From IMG/VR virus record IMGVR_UViG_3300049048_000052, positions 62,001-126,000 of that record: a stretch of DNA of 64,000 nt; one strand, 5' to 3'. The stretch's first letter is position 1; each line of letters begins with the position of its first letter. A model generated the notes under the pieces. The model searched no databases and was not told the DNA's origin. It saw only the letters and a list, made by a program, of their open reading frames with translations. Positions 47,386-57,115 of the stretch are shown one piece after another. A program made the translations under genes and the position numbers.

Positions 47386-47602
47386 GATGGATAATAACCA
47401 ATTAATAGAAGCTATAGATGATGCCTTGGTAAATGGTAGTATTCCTAGAAATATATATGAGGCCGCTAACAATGCTCAAAACATCCTTGAAGATCCTCCC
47501 TTAGCAAGGGCAATCCTGGATATAGGAGAGGCAGTATTTGATGGCAAGGTAATTATTGAAGATTAATATTTAAGATGGGACCAAGGTCCCATTATTTGTT
47601 TA

Positions 47603-48307
47603 TTGATTAGTGGTTGTGAGATGCCAAAGTTAGTTGCACCAAGTCAACATAAGCGTAGAAAAGGCCGTAAGGCTGATTACTTTCAGCTACCCAACCTACT
47701 CAGCCTAGAGACCCTAAATAGGATGGATCTTATTGAGGTCCGTAGGGCAATGAGGGACAAGGGTATTAGCTGCCTTCCTACTACCGATCTAAAGCAGGTG
47801 TTGAGGGAGCTAATTGCAAAGCGTAAAGCAATAGAGATAGGCTCAGGTAACAACCTGTTATGTGGTTATCTCCAAATATTAGGCACTGACTCCTTTGCTG
47901 GAGTCAAGGATGCAACCCTATCAATGTGGATGACCTCAATAGGATTCTCATTACCAACCCCTAACATACATCTAGTAAAAGAGATGGAGGCCTTAGAGGC
48001 AGTAGAGCATTATAAACCTAAGGTAGTCATAGGGGCATGGATACCTGATAAACATACCTGCTTTGGTAAGGAGAGAGGATATGGGGTAGATGAGGTGGCC
48101 ATACTAGAGAGCCCCTATGTAGAGACATATATCCACATAGGTAATACCTTAGTCCACCAGAACAAGACAATCAATCAAATACCCCATAAAGTGTTTGATG
48201 CCCCTACAATATCTATTGCTAATAGGGGTAAGGATATCATTCAGGTGTGGACTAAGGTGGATATAGATTCACCTGAGGGATCCGTTGACGACGATAATTA
48301 CACATAG
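47603..48307 (+). CDS. hypothetical protein
   Basis: ORF track. Confidence 0.65.
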   Translation: MISGCEMPKLVAPSQHKRRKGRKADYFQLPNLLSLETLNRMDLIEVRRAMRDKGISCLPTTDLKQVLRELIAKRKAIEIGSGNNLLCGYLQILGTDSFAGVKDATLSMWMTSIGFSLPTPNIHLVKEMEALEAVEHYKPKVVIGAWIPDKHTCFGKERGYGVDEVAILESPYVETYIHIGNTLVHQNKTINQIPHKVFDAPTISIANRGKDIIQVWTKVDIDSPEGSVDDDNYT

Positions 48308-48316
48308 GACACACAG

Positions 48317-48598
48317 ATGCTACTTACAACAGAACAGATCCTCAACAACCTCCAAGCTGAGGTAGGTCCAGGGCGTCACTTCATGGCAACCTTAGACAAA
48401 ACTGGGGATACCAAACATGCATGGGATCCATCCAAGGCAGAAGAGGTGGCAGTAGCCAAGGCAACCTTTGATAGCCTAAAGAAGAAAAGCTACATAGCCT
48501 ACACAGTAAATCCAGATGGCAGTAAGGGTGAGATCATGCATGAATTCAATGCACTAGCAGCGGTCATCATCATGAGTCAACCCATGGTAAGTGGTTGA
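48317..48598 (+). CDS. conserved small protein ending in MVSG
   Basis: D.TGDTK..WDP...EEV..A...FD..KKK.Y.AY motif. Confidence 0.65.
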   Translation: MLLTTEQILNNLQAEVGPGRHFMATLDKTGDTKHAWDPSKAEEVAVAKATFDSLKKKSYIAYTVNPDGSKGEIMHEFNALAAVIIMSQPMVSG

Positions 48599-48601
48599 GG
48601 T

Positions 48602-49222
48602 ATGACACAAACAACCAACTACCTAAGATCACTTGTCTGGAAGGACTGGGTTGATAGTGCGATCACAATGAGTGCACAGGCTACACACCTTGCTAGGTAT
48701 GGAACGACTACCGTTGACTACTTATGGCCCAAATGGGTAACGGACGTGGCAACTACTAGCATCGAGATACCTATGAGAAGACCTGTGCAGGCAACTATAC
48801 AGGTTATCGACAGAGAACAAGAGAGGCTAGCAGTCCGACATAGAATGGCTGAGCAGGAGTCTGAAAGACTCAGGTGGAGTCAAGCTATGAAGGAAGCTGA
48901 GGAGAGATCCTTAGCCTTACTATTGGCTATGTTACCTGTTGAGCTGGCTGTAGAACTAAGGACAAAGAAGTTCTTCACTATCACAACACCAGCGGGTAAT
49001 AGGTATCAGATCCATGGCTACCGTACTCATAATGTGAAACAGTTAGATACTGAAGGTAAACCCTTCATGTCCTATTGTTATCACTCACCTAGCCATATTC
49101 CTATCTATGACAGCATGGTAGCCCAATTGTTACTGCTGATGACTGATGAGGAGGACTTCCTAGCCCGTGCTAATAGGAGAGATCTTAGAACAGGTCTCTA
49201 CCATCAGGCCAGGGTGAGATAA
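48602..49222 (+). CDS. conserved partner protein of the upstream small gene
   Basis: YCYH...P..D.M.AQ.L.L.TDE..FL..AN. Confidence 0.65.
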   Translation: MTQTTNYLRSLVWKDWVDSAITMSAQATHLARYGTTTVDYLWPKWVTDVATTSIEIPMRRPVQATIQVIDREQERLAVRHRMAEQESERLRWSQAMKEAEERSLALLLAMLPVELAVELRTKKFFTITTPAGNRYQIHGYRTHNVKQLDTEGKPFMSYCYHSPSHIPIYDSMVAQLLLLMTDEEDFLARANRRDLRTGLYHQARVR

Positions 49223-49304
49223 GAATACTAAGGGCAGGAAAGCCTGCCCTTAGTATTAAGTTAGTAGTAGCAACCCCTAAGGGATTCAAGATAAAGGAGA
49301 GATA

Positions 49305-49652
49305 ATGTTAGAAGTACTAAGAATAACCGTAGATACTATTAGATTTCTATATAGTCTTAGTGTAGCCGTATTTATATTAAAGATGCTGATCTTCTCAGAA
49401 ATGAGGAAAGATCCAGATGCAATGCTCAAGTGTCTCCTATGGCCCTTTACTAAACTGATCAAGAAGAGACGGTTACGTGCAGTTAGCGGCATAGTTACAG
49501 TATGTTTCAGTATATTCTTTGTAGGGGCAGCAGTATCAGATAGCTATAGGTTAGCGGCACTAAGTGAGTCCTTTCTATGGGCAGGTATGATAACAGGCAT
49601 TATGATGTCCTCTACATTAGATCTTTACTCTGCTGAATATACTAAGGAATAG
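49305..49652 (+). CDS. membrane protein
   Basis: three hydrophobic segments; AAGGAG RBS. Confidence 0.6.
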   Translation: MLEVLRITVDTIRFLYSLSVAVFILKMLIFSEMRKDPDAMLKCLLWPFTKLIKKRRLRAVSGIVTVCFSIFFVGAAVSDSYRLAALSESFLWAGMITGIMMSSTLDLYSAEYTKE

Positions 49653-49657
49653 ATATC

Positions 49658-50059
49658 ATGCAGATTGTAAAACAAATGGCTTTAGGCCTAATGTTCCTAG
49701 GTATAGGGCTAGCTCTAACACGGTTAATCAGACCTCCTCAGTCTAAAGATAGGGCTGCCTTATCTAAAGCTGATATAGATAGAGTAACTAATAAGGTGGA
49801 GGAGATTATCTACCTAGCCCATAGTTCTATACCAGAGGGTATGGGTGTGATAGTACTACTCAGTAAGGAAGAACATGAGGCTCTCCCTTGGGATCCCACT
49901 GATATCATTAGTACAGCAAAGGCTAAGCTAAGATTCAATGAACTTATAGAAGATAAGTACGCAATGATTAAGGTTAGTAGTAACTTAGATAGCGCGCTAG
50001 AAACCACTGACTTTGATCCTTATGCAAGAGTCGTACTTGCTGTGCGTAATAAGGACTAA
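49658..50059 (+). CDS. membrane-anchored hypothetical protein
   Basis: N-terminal TM. Confidence 0.6.
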   Translation: MQIVKQMALGLMFLGIGLALTRLIRPPQSKDRAALSKADIDRVTNKVEEIIYLAHSSIPEGMGVIVLLSKEEHEALPWDPTDIISTAKAKLRFNELIEDKYAMIKVSSNLDSALETTDFDPYARVVLAVRNKD

Positions 50060-50117
50060 TGCTTACTCTAATAGGTCAGGGCATTGATATACTACCCCCA
50101 CTAAGGAGGAATAGTAT

Positions 50118-50396
50118 ATGAAACCAGGACCTAAGAAGGGTAGTAGTCAGAGTAAATCCCATGTTGCCAAGAGGGCCAAGGCTGTAAAAGGTAAGGCCAA
50201 TGGTATGTTTAAGGATGGAAGACGTTCCTATCGTTCCATAGCGGGAGCTAGGAATAGCGATGGAAAAGTTGTGCATCACAAGGACGGTGATAGGACCAAT
50301 AATTCAAGATCTAATCTAAAGGTCCTGAATGATGGTCCTAGTAGGCCAGGTAGGAAGACAACTAGTAAGCATGAAAGACTTACTAGACGTAAGTAG
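50118..50396 (+). CDS. small HNH endonuclease-like protein
   Basis: VVHHKDGDRTNNSRSNLKVL. Confidence 0.75.
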   Translation: MKPGPKKGSSQSKSHVAKRAKAVKGKANGMFKDGRRSYRSIAGARNSDGKVVHHKDGDRTNNSRSNLKVLNDGPSRPGRKTTSKHERLTRRK

Positions 50397-50567
50397 CCAG
50401 TGTAGCTTAAAAGGTAAAGCGTACCCCTCTCAGGGTATACCGAAAGGGTCCATAGGTAATAGGTGTAGTTGCAAGATTCTGTGAGAGTTATAAACTCCGT
50501 ATTCGGCAGAGTCCCAGACTGCACAACTATACCTATGGATATGAGGGTTCGATCCCCTTCACTGGCG
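50396..50567 (+). ncRNA. 172-nt tRNA-like RNA with a giant variable-region domain
   Basis: GCCAGTG/CACTGGC plus G; D arm GCTT-AAAAGGTA-AAGC; TACCC-CTCTCA-GGGTA; inserted helices TCCATAGGTA/TACCTATGGA, GTGTAGT/ACTGCAC, GATTCTG/CAGAGTC; T arm GAGGG-TTCGATC-CCCTT. Confidence 0.78.
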
Positions 50568-50654
50568 TTGACTAAGATAGAACAATGAGACATAAAGAAA
50601 TGCCCCTCTATGTAAGACACATAAGAGGGGGTCCAATTAACTTAGGAGTAAATA

Positions 50655-50969
50655 ATGATAAATCCAGTATCAGAGATATTATTAGGGGAATCCAAAGAGG
50701 GAGTCCAGTTTATGACACCGATGGCTGCGGCAGCTAAGGATATATATGTAAGAGCTTTAAGAGCTGGATTAGATGTAACATTAACCGCAGCTAACCAAGA
50801 GGTGAGTATAGATCCTCAGTCTGGACTGTTAGAGGCAAGCTTGAATCTATGTGAGGTCGAGGGATATAGACCCTCGGTAGCTGAGTATTATAAGTTAGTG
50901 GATATCATGACAGGGGCCCTAGCTGCCCTTAAGGAAGTTAAGAACGAATGGAAAGCTCCTACTAAATAG
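50655..50969 (+). CDS. hypothetical protein
   Basis: AGGAG RBS. Confidence 0.65.
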   Translation: MINPVSEILLGESKEGVQFMTPMAAAAKDIYVRALRAGLDVTLTAANQEVSIDPQSGLLEASLNLCEVEGYRPSVAEYYKLVDIMTGALAALKEVKNEWKAPTK

Positions 50970-51372
50970 CCCTATTAGGATCAAGGGTACATTTATGATG
51001 ATGCTTATCTAAAGTCTCATATGTACCCTGCACCTTGTGATAGATAACTCTTCTAGAGGGAATAATCCCCGGTTTAGAATAAGTAACTTGACAACCCTCT
51101 AGTGTCCACTGGTAATCCCAGTCCCTCTGGTTACCTTCATAGTATAGGGTACTGAAGATAGTAAAGCTAATATCGGGTTTTATAAGTAAGTCTCTCCCTA
51201 TGTATCCATCATTAAATAAGGACATAGCAGGGACTGCTGTCATACCATAGAGTAATTTAAACCTACCTGGTTGAGGTAGCCAAAACTCTTCAAACTTAAA
51301 CAGAATCATATCGCCATGCTTGATAAAGGTATCTCGGCTGGCATATGGATCCGCGCTTATATCTACTAACAT
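50962..51372 (-). CDS. hypothetical protein
   Basis: ORF track; fills the gap on the minus strand. Confidence 0.55.
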   Translation of the reverse strand: MLVDISADPYASRDTFIKHGDMILFKFEEFWLPQPGRFKLLYGMTAVPAMSLFNDGYIGRDLLIKPDISFTIFSTLYYEGNQRDWDYQWTLEGCQVTYSKPGIIPSRRVIYHKVQGTYETLDKHHHKCTLDPNRAI

Positions 51373-51954
51373 ATGAATCCTAATACTGAATTACAAATAA
51401 TAAATAACATAAAGACTCCCCTAATTGAGGAGCCTCATAAATATCATGCCTTTGTGGGCCCTAGGGATCTCTCAGGTATGCCCGAAGAGAAAATAGATGA
51501 GTATAAGCAACAGGTTCATGTAACTTGTGCTGCAGGTACTATGGTTAGAACAGGGGCGGCACCGGGGGCTGATCAGTTATCTGCTGATAGTGCTCTCTAC
51601 TTAGAAGAGAAGGTGTCCTTATGTCTACCCTGGAAAGGTTACCAGAAGGAATGGAGAAGGATTATTCCTAGACATCTAGTGGAAGAACTCATATTCGACG
51701 AAAGTATACATAAGGAAGCTGCAGACTCTGTAGATAAGTATCATCCTAATCCTCTAGCTGTTAAGTCCAACTTCGCTACATTCCATCTTATGGGCCGTAA
51801 CTACCTAATCATGGTAGACCCAAAGACAGGTCCCGTAGGTAGAGTGGTAGCCCTATGTTACCTAGATGAACAAGGTAAGCCAAAGGGCGGTACAGGTCAG
51901 GCTATTAGAATCGCAGAGGCTTTGGGGATTCCGACCCTTCTGATTCACCCTTAG
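51373..51954 (+). CDS. SLOG/DprA-like nucleotide-binding protein
   Basis: RTGAAPGADQ; RN..M; GGTGQAIRIA..LGIP. Confidence 0.6.
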   Translation: MNPNTELQIINNIKTPLIEEPHKYHAFVGPRDLSGMPEEKIDEYKQQVHVTCAAGTMVRTGAAPGADQLSADSALYLEEKVSLCLPWKGYQKEWRRIIPRHLVEELIFDESIHKEAADSVDKYHPNPLAVKSNFATFHLMGRNYLIMVDPKTGPVGRVVALCYLDEQGKPKGGTGQAIRIAEALGIPTLLIHP

Positions 51955-52285
51955 GATCTGGATATATATAAGAGGAGCCATCATAACTCATCTGGAAACT
52001 CTCTACGTTAAGCCTATTCTTTACAGGGGAGGCTGTGGACTTCATAGACTCATAGATACAACCATGATATAGAATAGCAGTCTGTCTATAAGCAGGCTCT
52101 AATCTATTGATGAGACAGAAGCCATACTTCTGAGCTAGTGGCAGTACTCTGTAATCTATGTAGCCCTGCTCTACAATTATGACCTCAGGGCCTACATCAA
52201 TTAGATTAAAGGCACCAAACATTATGGATTCCTCATCAGCCATTATCCATAGTTGATAGGGGGGTGTTGCTACTGATTCATTCAT
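51905..52285 (-). CDS. hypothetical protein
   Basis: ORF track. Confidence 0.5.
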   Translation of the reverse strand: MNESVATPPYQLWIMADEESIMFGAFNLIDVGPEVIIVEQGYIDYRVLPLAQKYGFCLINRLEPAYRQTAILYHGCIYESMKSTASPVKNRLNVESFQMSYDGSSYIYPDPKGESEGSESPKPLRF

Positions 52286-52326
52286 ATTAATACCTGTAAA
52301 TATAAGTTCATTATAACTTAAGGAAC

Positions 52327-52980
52327 ATGAGAGTAATAACAGATACGGTAACTAGACATAGGGTTACCTCTACCCTTATTACTAAGGGACTCTACTTAAT
52401 TCTAGAGGAACGTAGCATAAACAATGAGGCTGAAATGCCTCAGGAGTTGGATCTACTCAATGCTTTCTTCTGTAAGCAGGAGAATGGAACCGGGGACAGA
52501 TACTATTACTACCCTAAGGAAGCATGGGATCATTACAGTAGCATGCCCTACTCCGGATACATAAGAACCATAGGTCTAGCCACATTGAAGGCTGATGAGG
52601 TAGTAAATCTGCCTGAGTTTGACCTTGATCTAATAGGTCGTATGCACATAGGTTCCTACTTCATGTACAGGTGGAACAAGATTGATCCAATCACTAGGCC
52701 CTATGTGACTGAGGCTAATGAACTCATATGGGACCTGTTTGACTTAGATAACATGAGGATTTACTTAGAGCAGCACCCTTATGTTAGTGATATTCAAAGC
52801 AGACCAACTGACGAGAATAAAGCAGGACTTAGAATAGAGGTTCTATTGCCTCAAGATGTTCATGATCAAGTCTGGAAGGACTCTCATATACATGGCCTTG
52901 GGATGTGGGAAATGCTGTGGCCGGAGCACTCTGGTGCTGAGTTCGATATACTCAATATCAAACAATTCCTGTTGCCCTAA
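52327..52980 (+). CDS. hypothetical protein
   Basis: AAGGA RBS. Confidence 0.65.
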   Translation: MRVITDTVTRHRVTSTLITKGLYLILEERSINNEAEMPQELDLLNAFFCKQENGTGDRYYYYPKEAWDHYSSMPYSGYIRTIGLATLKADEVVNLPEFDLDLIGRMHIGSYFMYRWNKIDPITRPYVTEANELIWDLFDLDNMRIYLEQHPYVSDIQSRPTDENKAGLRIEVLLPQDVHDQVWKDSHIHGLGMWEMLWPEHSGAEFDILNIKQFLLP

Positions 52981-52985
52981 CAACT

Positions 52986-53540
52986 ATGACAGATAAGAAA
53001 GCTTGGTCAGTTATCTTTAGGATGGGAGGCATTAGCTTTACCTCAGTAGAGGAAGAGGATGCCTTCATCAATTATCTAGAGGCACAGGATGATATCCTGA
53101 GTAGTCTGGATGTTTGGGGTGCTGACAACAAATTGAAGCGCCTACTCTACGAGTTCTCTAAACCTACACTACCTGAGCTACAACTGAGAAGGTTATATTA
53201 TCGGCCTGGTACAGATGCCTATGATACAGACTTCTTTATTGCTACTGCAGACAAAGGGGAGACAGTAGAGGGACTTCATATTACTTGGTCTCAGCTCCCA
53301 ACTTTAAAGAGTGTGTATCGAATTGATATACCTAATCCTGAGGTATGGTGTCCTGCCCCTGAGTATGTTCATAAGGATGCTTGGTGGGTTATGCAGGCAA
53401 ATATTAGGGATGCCAGGAATAAGTTAGCGGAGACTCTTGCAGGATCTCGTGTACTTAGATGGGCTATAGGTCCCGCCCCTAAGAAGGAAGAGAAGCCCCC
53501 TGTGGAATACCCTGATTACATAGTAACAGTGGAGGATTAG
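52986..53540 (+). CDS. hypothetical protein (tandem paralog)
   Basis: AW..I...EEE.AFI..L..Q..IL; L.RLYY; WC.APE.V. Confidence 0.65.
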   Translation: MTDKKAWSVIFRMGGISFTSVEEEDAFINYLEAQDDILSSLDVWGADNKLKRLLYEFSKPTLPELQLRRLYYRPGTDAYDTDFFIATADKGETVEGLHITWSQLPTLKSVYRIDIPNPEVWCPAPEYVHKDAWWVMQANIRDARNKLAETLAGSRVLRWAIGPAPKKEEKPPVEYPDYIVTVED

Positions 53541-54049
53541 TGGATTATAAACTAGCTTGGAAGATCATACTAACAGCCAACGATGTGGAATGTCGCACTA
53601 ACGAGGAAGAGGCTGCCTTCATTGATCATCTAGATCAACAAGAGGGTATCTTAGAGACGCTAGACAATCATTGGTGTATGAGGGATAAGCTTTATGAGTT
53701 ACTAGAGACATTCACAAAGCCTCCATTAGGTCCACTAGATCTGAATAGGCTGTATTACAAGAAGGGCAGCACACTCTATAATACCCAGTACTTTCTTCCT
53801 ACTCACGAGGGAGTTGGTATGGTAGGAGGCTTCTTAGTTACTCGCCATAAGGGTGTAGATGAAACATCTATATCCAGGCATAGGATTCCTGGCGAGGAAT
53901 GGTGTCTAGCCCCTGAGCATGTGGAGTCTGAGGTAGCACCTGTCTTAAGTGATTACTTGGATAGTCTAAATGTGCGTGTGGAGACAACTAGGTTAGCTCA
54001 AGTGCGCCTAGAGGAGCTACTAACAAAAGTAAAAGAGGTTATTGAGTAG
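53540..54049 (+). CDS. hypothetical protein (tandem paralog)
   Basis: same motifs as the previous gene. Confidence 0.65.
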   Translation: MDYKLAWKIILTANDVECRTNEEEAAFIDHLDQQEGILETLDNHWCMRDKLYELLETFTKPPLGPLDLNRLYYKKGSTLYNTQYFLPTHEGVGMVGGFLVTRHKGVDETSISRHRIPGEEWCLAPEHVESEVAPVLSDYLDSLNVRVETTRLAQVRLEELLTKVKEVIE

Positions 54050-54055
54050 GATTCT

Positions 54056-54298
54056 ATGAGAAAGCTAGTGAGTCTAACAATTCTAGTGCTAATGAGCATA
54101 TCACTATGGTCCTGTGGTGCGAGCCCTACTCCCAGCCCTCCTCCTGCAGTTAGGGCAAGTGGGTCACCCTTTGAGGTATATAACCTTGAGGGTACTGAAG
54201 GTTTCCCTGATGTTAGAGTTATCACTGGTAGCATGATGAGTGACCCTGTAGTCATACTCAAGTGCGGCCAGGATACTAAGCTGTGGAGGCAGCAATGA
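54056..54298 (+). CDS. small lipoprotein
   Basis: MRK + hydrophobic + LWS|C, Pro-rich linker. Confidence 0.6.
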   Translation: MRKLVSLTILVLMSISLWSCGASPTPSPPPAVRASGSPFEVYNLEGTEGFPDVRVITGSMMSDPVVILKCGQDTKLWRQQ

Positions 54299-54675
54299 CA
54301 GATCCGGAGTTAGAGGTCATTAAGCAAAGGGAACTTGATAGGTGGACCCAAGCTATCATGCTCTTAATGTCTGTGGGCCTAAGTGCGCCCGCATCTATGT
54401 CCCATCGTTACGGGTTCTACCTTATCTTTGAGCAGGTTATGAGACCTGGGCTCACCTGTAATGTTGAGTATATGGCTGATGGTTGGTGTAGAGTAACTCT
54501 GACTGATGGTTATACTAAATGGACCGCCTATGGTTACCATTTACTCTTTGCTATGACTAAGGCAACCCTACATTACCTTGGGGTTAGTGTGGATACCCTA
54601 GAGGACGAGGAAGAAGAATCCGAGTTAAATGAGGTACCTGATTTACAGGTCATGATGCCTAGCTTTAAGTGCTAG
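54283..54675 (+). CDS. hypothetical protein
   Basis: ORF track. Confidence 0.55.
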   Translation: MEAAMTDPELEVIKQRELDRWTQAIMLLMSVGLSAPASMSHRYGFYLIFEQVMRPGLTCNVEYMADGWCRVTLTDGYTKWTAYGYHLLFAMTKATLHYLGVSVDTLEDEEEESELNEVPDLQVMMPSFKC

Positions 54676-54720
54676 ATAAGAGGGCCCTTATAGGCCCTCT
54701 TTATATATAAGGATATAAAT

Positions 54721-55140
54721 ATGTGCCTAGCTGAATACGTATTCATAATTAAGACTAGCAGCAGTACTACTCAGATAGATAGGGACATGACTGCCTTTAT
54801 CACTGGCAGACAGGGAGATAGTGGGGCTAGTCCCGAGTGCCTTAAGGCTGCTGAGGAAGAGCTAAGTGAGTATGCCGAGGACTGGTTTGATAATGCAGTT
54901 AGCTGGATTCCAGGTGAGTGCGGGGACGCTATATGTGAACCTTGGTACAACAACAAATTAAAGGCTTGGTCTAGTGTAGCCATCTTCCTGTCAGAGGAAC
55001 CTGAGGAGGATATAGCTGAACTAATGAAGATTAGGGCTATACGCTTTGCTGAGATGACAGGTATAAAGATACTGGGCTTTGAGCTAATAAGCCAGGAAGT
55101 AGTAGAGACAACAATATGGGAAACAGAAAAGACAAATTAG
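54721..55140 (+). CDS. conserved hypothetical acidic protein
   Basis: ORF track; TATATAAG upstream. Confidence 0.6.
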   Translation: MCLAEYVFIIKTSSSTTQIDRDMTAFITGRQGDSGASPECLKAAEEELSEYAEDWFDNAVSWIPGECGDAICEPWYNNKLKAWSSVAIFLSEEPEEDIAELMKIRAIRFAEMTGIKILGFELISQEVVETTIWETEKTN

Positions 55141-55331
55141 TCCAGGATGTTAATGGGGCTTATGTATTGGACCCCAAAGAGACAGCCCTACATATAATAA
55201 TAGGTAATGCTGAGATCCATGTATTTAAACTGGATAAAGCTTTAGAGGTAACTGTATATGGTAGAAGGGATGAGCCTCTAGTATATGCACTACCTAGATA
55301 TGAGGATATAGATAAGGAACCCGATGAGTAG
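55116..55331 (+). CDS. hypothetical protein
   Basis: resembles the next gene. Confidence 0.55.
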   Translation: MGNRKDKLVQDVNGAYVLDPKETALHIIIGNAEIHVFKLDKALEVTVYGRRDEPLVYALPRYEDIDKEPDE

Positions 55332-55560
55332 TTTAGTTCAGTCAAATGAGGAGGAGTATAGACTCAAGGCTAATGGGCGCCATAATCATGTATGGATTAT
55401 CGTAGATAACCTCAAGGTTTATATAAGGAGAACTGACATGGGCGTCACAGTAGATCTTTACCCTACCGAGGGTAATACTGACGAGTGTCTTGCTGGTACA
55501 TACGCCTTCTTTAGTGAGGCTATATATGATGAGGATGAAGAACCTCCCGTGAAGAAGTAG
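55324..55560 (+). CDS. hypothetical protein
   Basis: WIIVDNLKVYIRRTD.GV.VDLY. Confidence 0.6.
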   Translation: MSSLVQSNEEEYRLKANGRHNHVWIIVDNLKVYIRRTDMGVTVDLYPTEGNTDECLAGTYAFFSEAIYDEDEEPPVKK

Positions 55561-55569
55561 AAGAATGTT

Positions 55570-55764
55570 ATGAATGACTTCAAGGAAGAAGACACTAATG
55601 AACCTCAAAGCCTGGAGGAGCTTAGGCAGATTATCAATAAAACCATATTTGCTAAGCAGATAGTAGTGCCTATAACAGTGGAGGGAGATAGAGTGTACTT
55701 CTCCTTTATTGTCCCAAGTAATAATGTTCAAGGTAGGTTTCAGGTGACTCTACCTACAAGCTAG
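55570..55764 (+). CDS. hypothetical protein
   Basis: ORF track. Confidence 0.5.
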   Translation: MNDFKEEDTNEPQSLEELRQIINKTIFAKQIVVPITVEGDRVYFSFIVPSNNVQGRFQVTLPTS

Positions 55765-55793
55765 AGAATACACAAGCCCTTTATTGGAGTTTT

Positions 55794-56198
55794 ATGGTTA
55801 AACCACGACGACGTAGAAGGTCTGCTGGCTTTAAGCTGTTGAGGCAATGGGCCTTTGTTACAATTGGTTTGATCGTAGTATCAATGGTACTTACCTCAAT
55901 CAACCCAATGCTACTGAACTCTAACCTCGCGCTGTTAGGCTTCTTGGTATGGGCAATATTAGCTATAGGTACTATAGGTTTTGCTGCCTATAGTCTGGAT
56001 GTAGCAATCCAGGCCTCAAAGGTAAGGAAGATCTTCGTTGAGAGGTTTCCTACCTACGAGGCCCTGTCCTGGTATGACTTCTTGGGTATATACCCAGAGG
56101 AAGTGCTGGATAACATTGAGCTCCTAGCTCAGATATGTCGAGAGGAGGAAGACCTCCATGTTTCTTTGTTTGAACTATTAAGGAGAGACTTTCGGTGA
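55794..56198 (+). CDS. two-TM membrane protein
   Basis: basic N-terminus plus two TM segments; coupled to the SPFH gene. Confidence 0.6.
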   Translation: MVKPRRRRRSAGFKLLRQWAFVTIGLIVVSMVLTSINPMLLNSNLALLGFLVWAILAIGTIGFAAYSLDVAIQASKVRKIFVERFPTYEALSWYDFLGIYPEEVLDNIELLAQICREEEDLHVSLFELLRRDFR

Positions 56199-57115
56199 AG
56201 TTAAGCCGTTTGATTTGTGGTGTGAGTTTATTTGCTGGTTCCTTATTCCTAGGCGCCTGCGGGGTAATCCCCGGCACTAATGTGGAAACTGTCCAGCCTG
56301 GCTATACGGGCCTCTTGATTGACCTCTATGGAGGTAATAAGGGTATCGAGAATGCTCAGATTGTTAACGGTAGGGTTTGGTACAACGGCTATACTCAAGA
56401 CATTGTTGTATTCCCTACCTTTGTTAGTACATACTCCTTCACCTCTAGTGTAGAAGAGGGTGCTGCTAGGGATGAATCTATCACCTTCGCCGTGGGTGGC
56501 AGTCCAGTCTCTGGGGACGTTGGGGTATCTTTTGGGTTCAGTACTGAGCAAGCACCGGGTAGCACTAAGACCAAACTGCATCAGTTTTATGAGACTTACC
56601 GTAAGGAACCTCAACAATTCATGCAGTCTGATATGCGTAACGGCCTGCGGGATTGCTTCACTAGAGCTGCCGAGGACCTAAAACTGATTCCCTCCGTGCT
56701 ATCCACCAACCAACAGAAGCTAGTGGCCAAGGTAAGAGACTGCCTCCAAATACGCTACCCTGTTGTTAATATCTCTGATGTGAGTCTATTGGGACCTCTG
56801 CGTCTACCTCCTGATATCCAAAAGAGTATCAATGAACAACAGACAGCTCAACAGGCCGCACAGACTGCGGAGGCCAATAAGCGTAAGGTAGAAGCTGAAG
56901 CCGCCTCTAATGTAGCTAGAGCTAAGGGCGAAGCCCAGGTAACTATTGAACAAGCCCGTGCTGAGGCGGAGGCCAACAGGCTACGCTCCGGCTCCGTTAC
57001 TAATCAACTGCTGGAACTGGAACGCTTACGTGTTGAGCGTGCTCGTATTGAGAAGTGGGATGGTCAACAGGCCCCCACTATCCAAACACCAGTAGTCCAG
57101 TTGGGCGGCAAGTAG
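56195..57115 (+). CDS. SPFH/Band-7 family lipoprotein
   Basis: lipobox LGA|C; VQPGYTG; LP..IQ.SI; AE/Q-rich coiled coil; IEKWDG. Confidence 0.85.
   Translation: MKLSRLICGVSLFAGSLFLGACGVIPGTNVETVQPGYTGLLIDLYGGNKGIENAQIVNGRVWYNGYTQDIVVFPTFVSTYSFTSSVEEGAARDESITFAVGGSPVSGDVGVSFGFSTEQAPGSTKTKLHQFYETYRKEPQQFMQSDMRNGLRDCFTRAAEDLKLIPSVLSTNQQKLVAKVRDCLQIRYPVVNISDVSLLGPLRLPPDIQKSINEQQTAQQAAQTAEANKRKVEAEAASNVARAKGEAQVTIEQARAEAEANRLRSGSVTNQLLELERLRVERARIEKWDGQQAPTIQTPVVQLGGK

Larger units (their letters stand above)
4333..54711 (+). promoter_or_regulatory. dispersed TATATAAG motif (putative phage promoter)
   Basis: exact copies at 4333, 13740, 15290, 16920, 17196, 17291, 26095, 33214, 33370, 33482, 34412 and 54704, nearly all intergenic. 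Confidence 0.55.

Noticed and set aside
50396-50567. tmRNA
   Set aside because: Intact D stem, no G3-U70, no tag reading frame, too short
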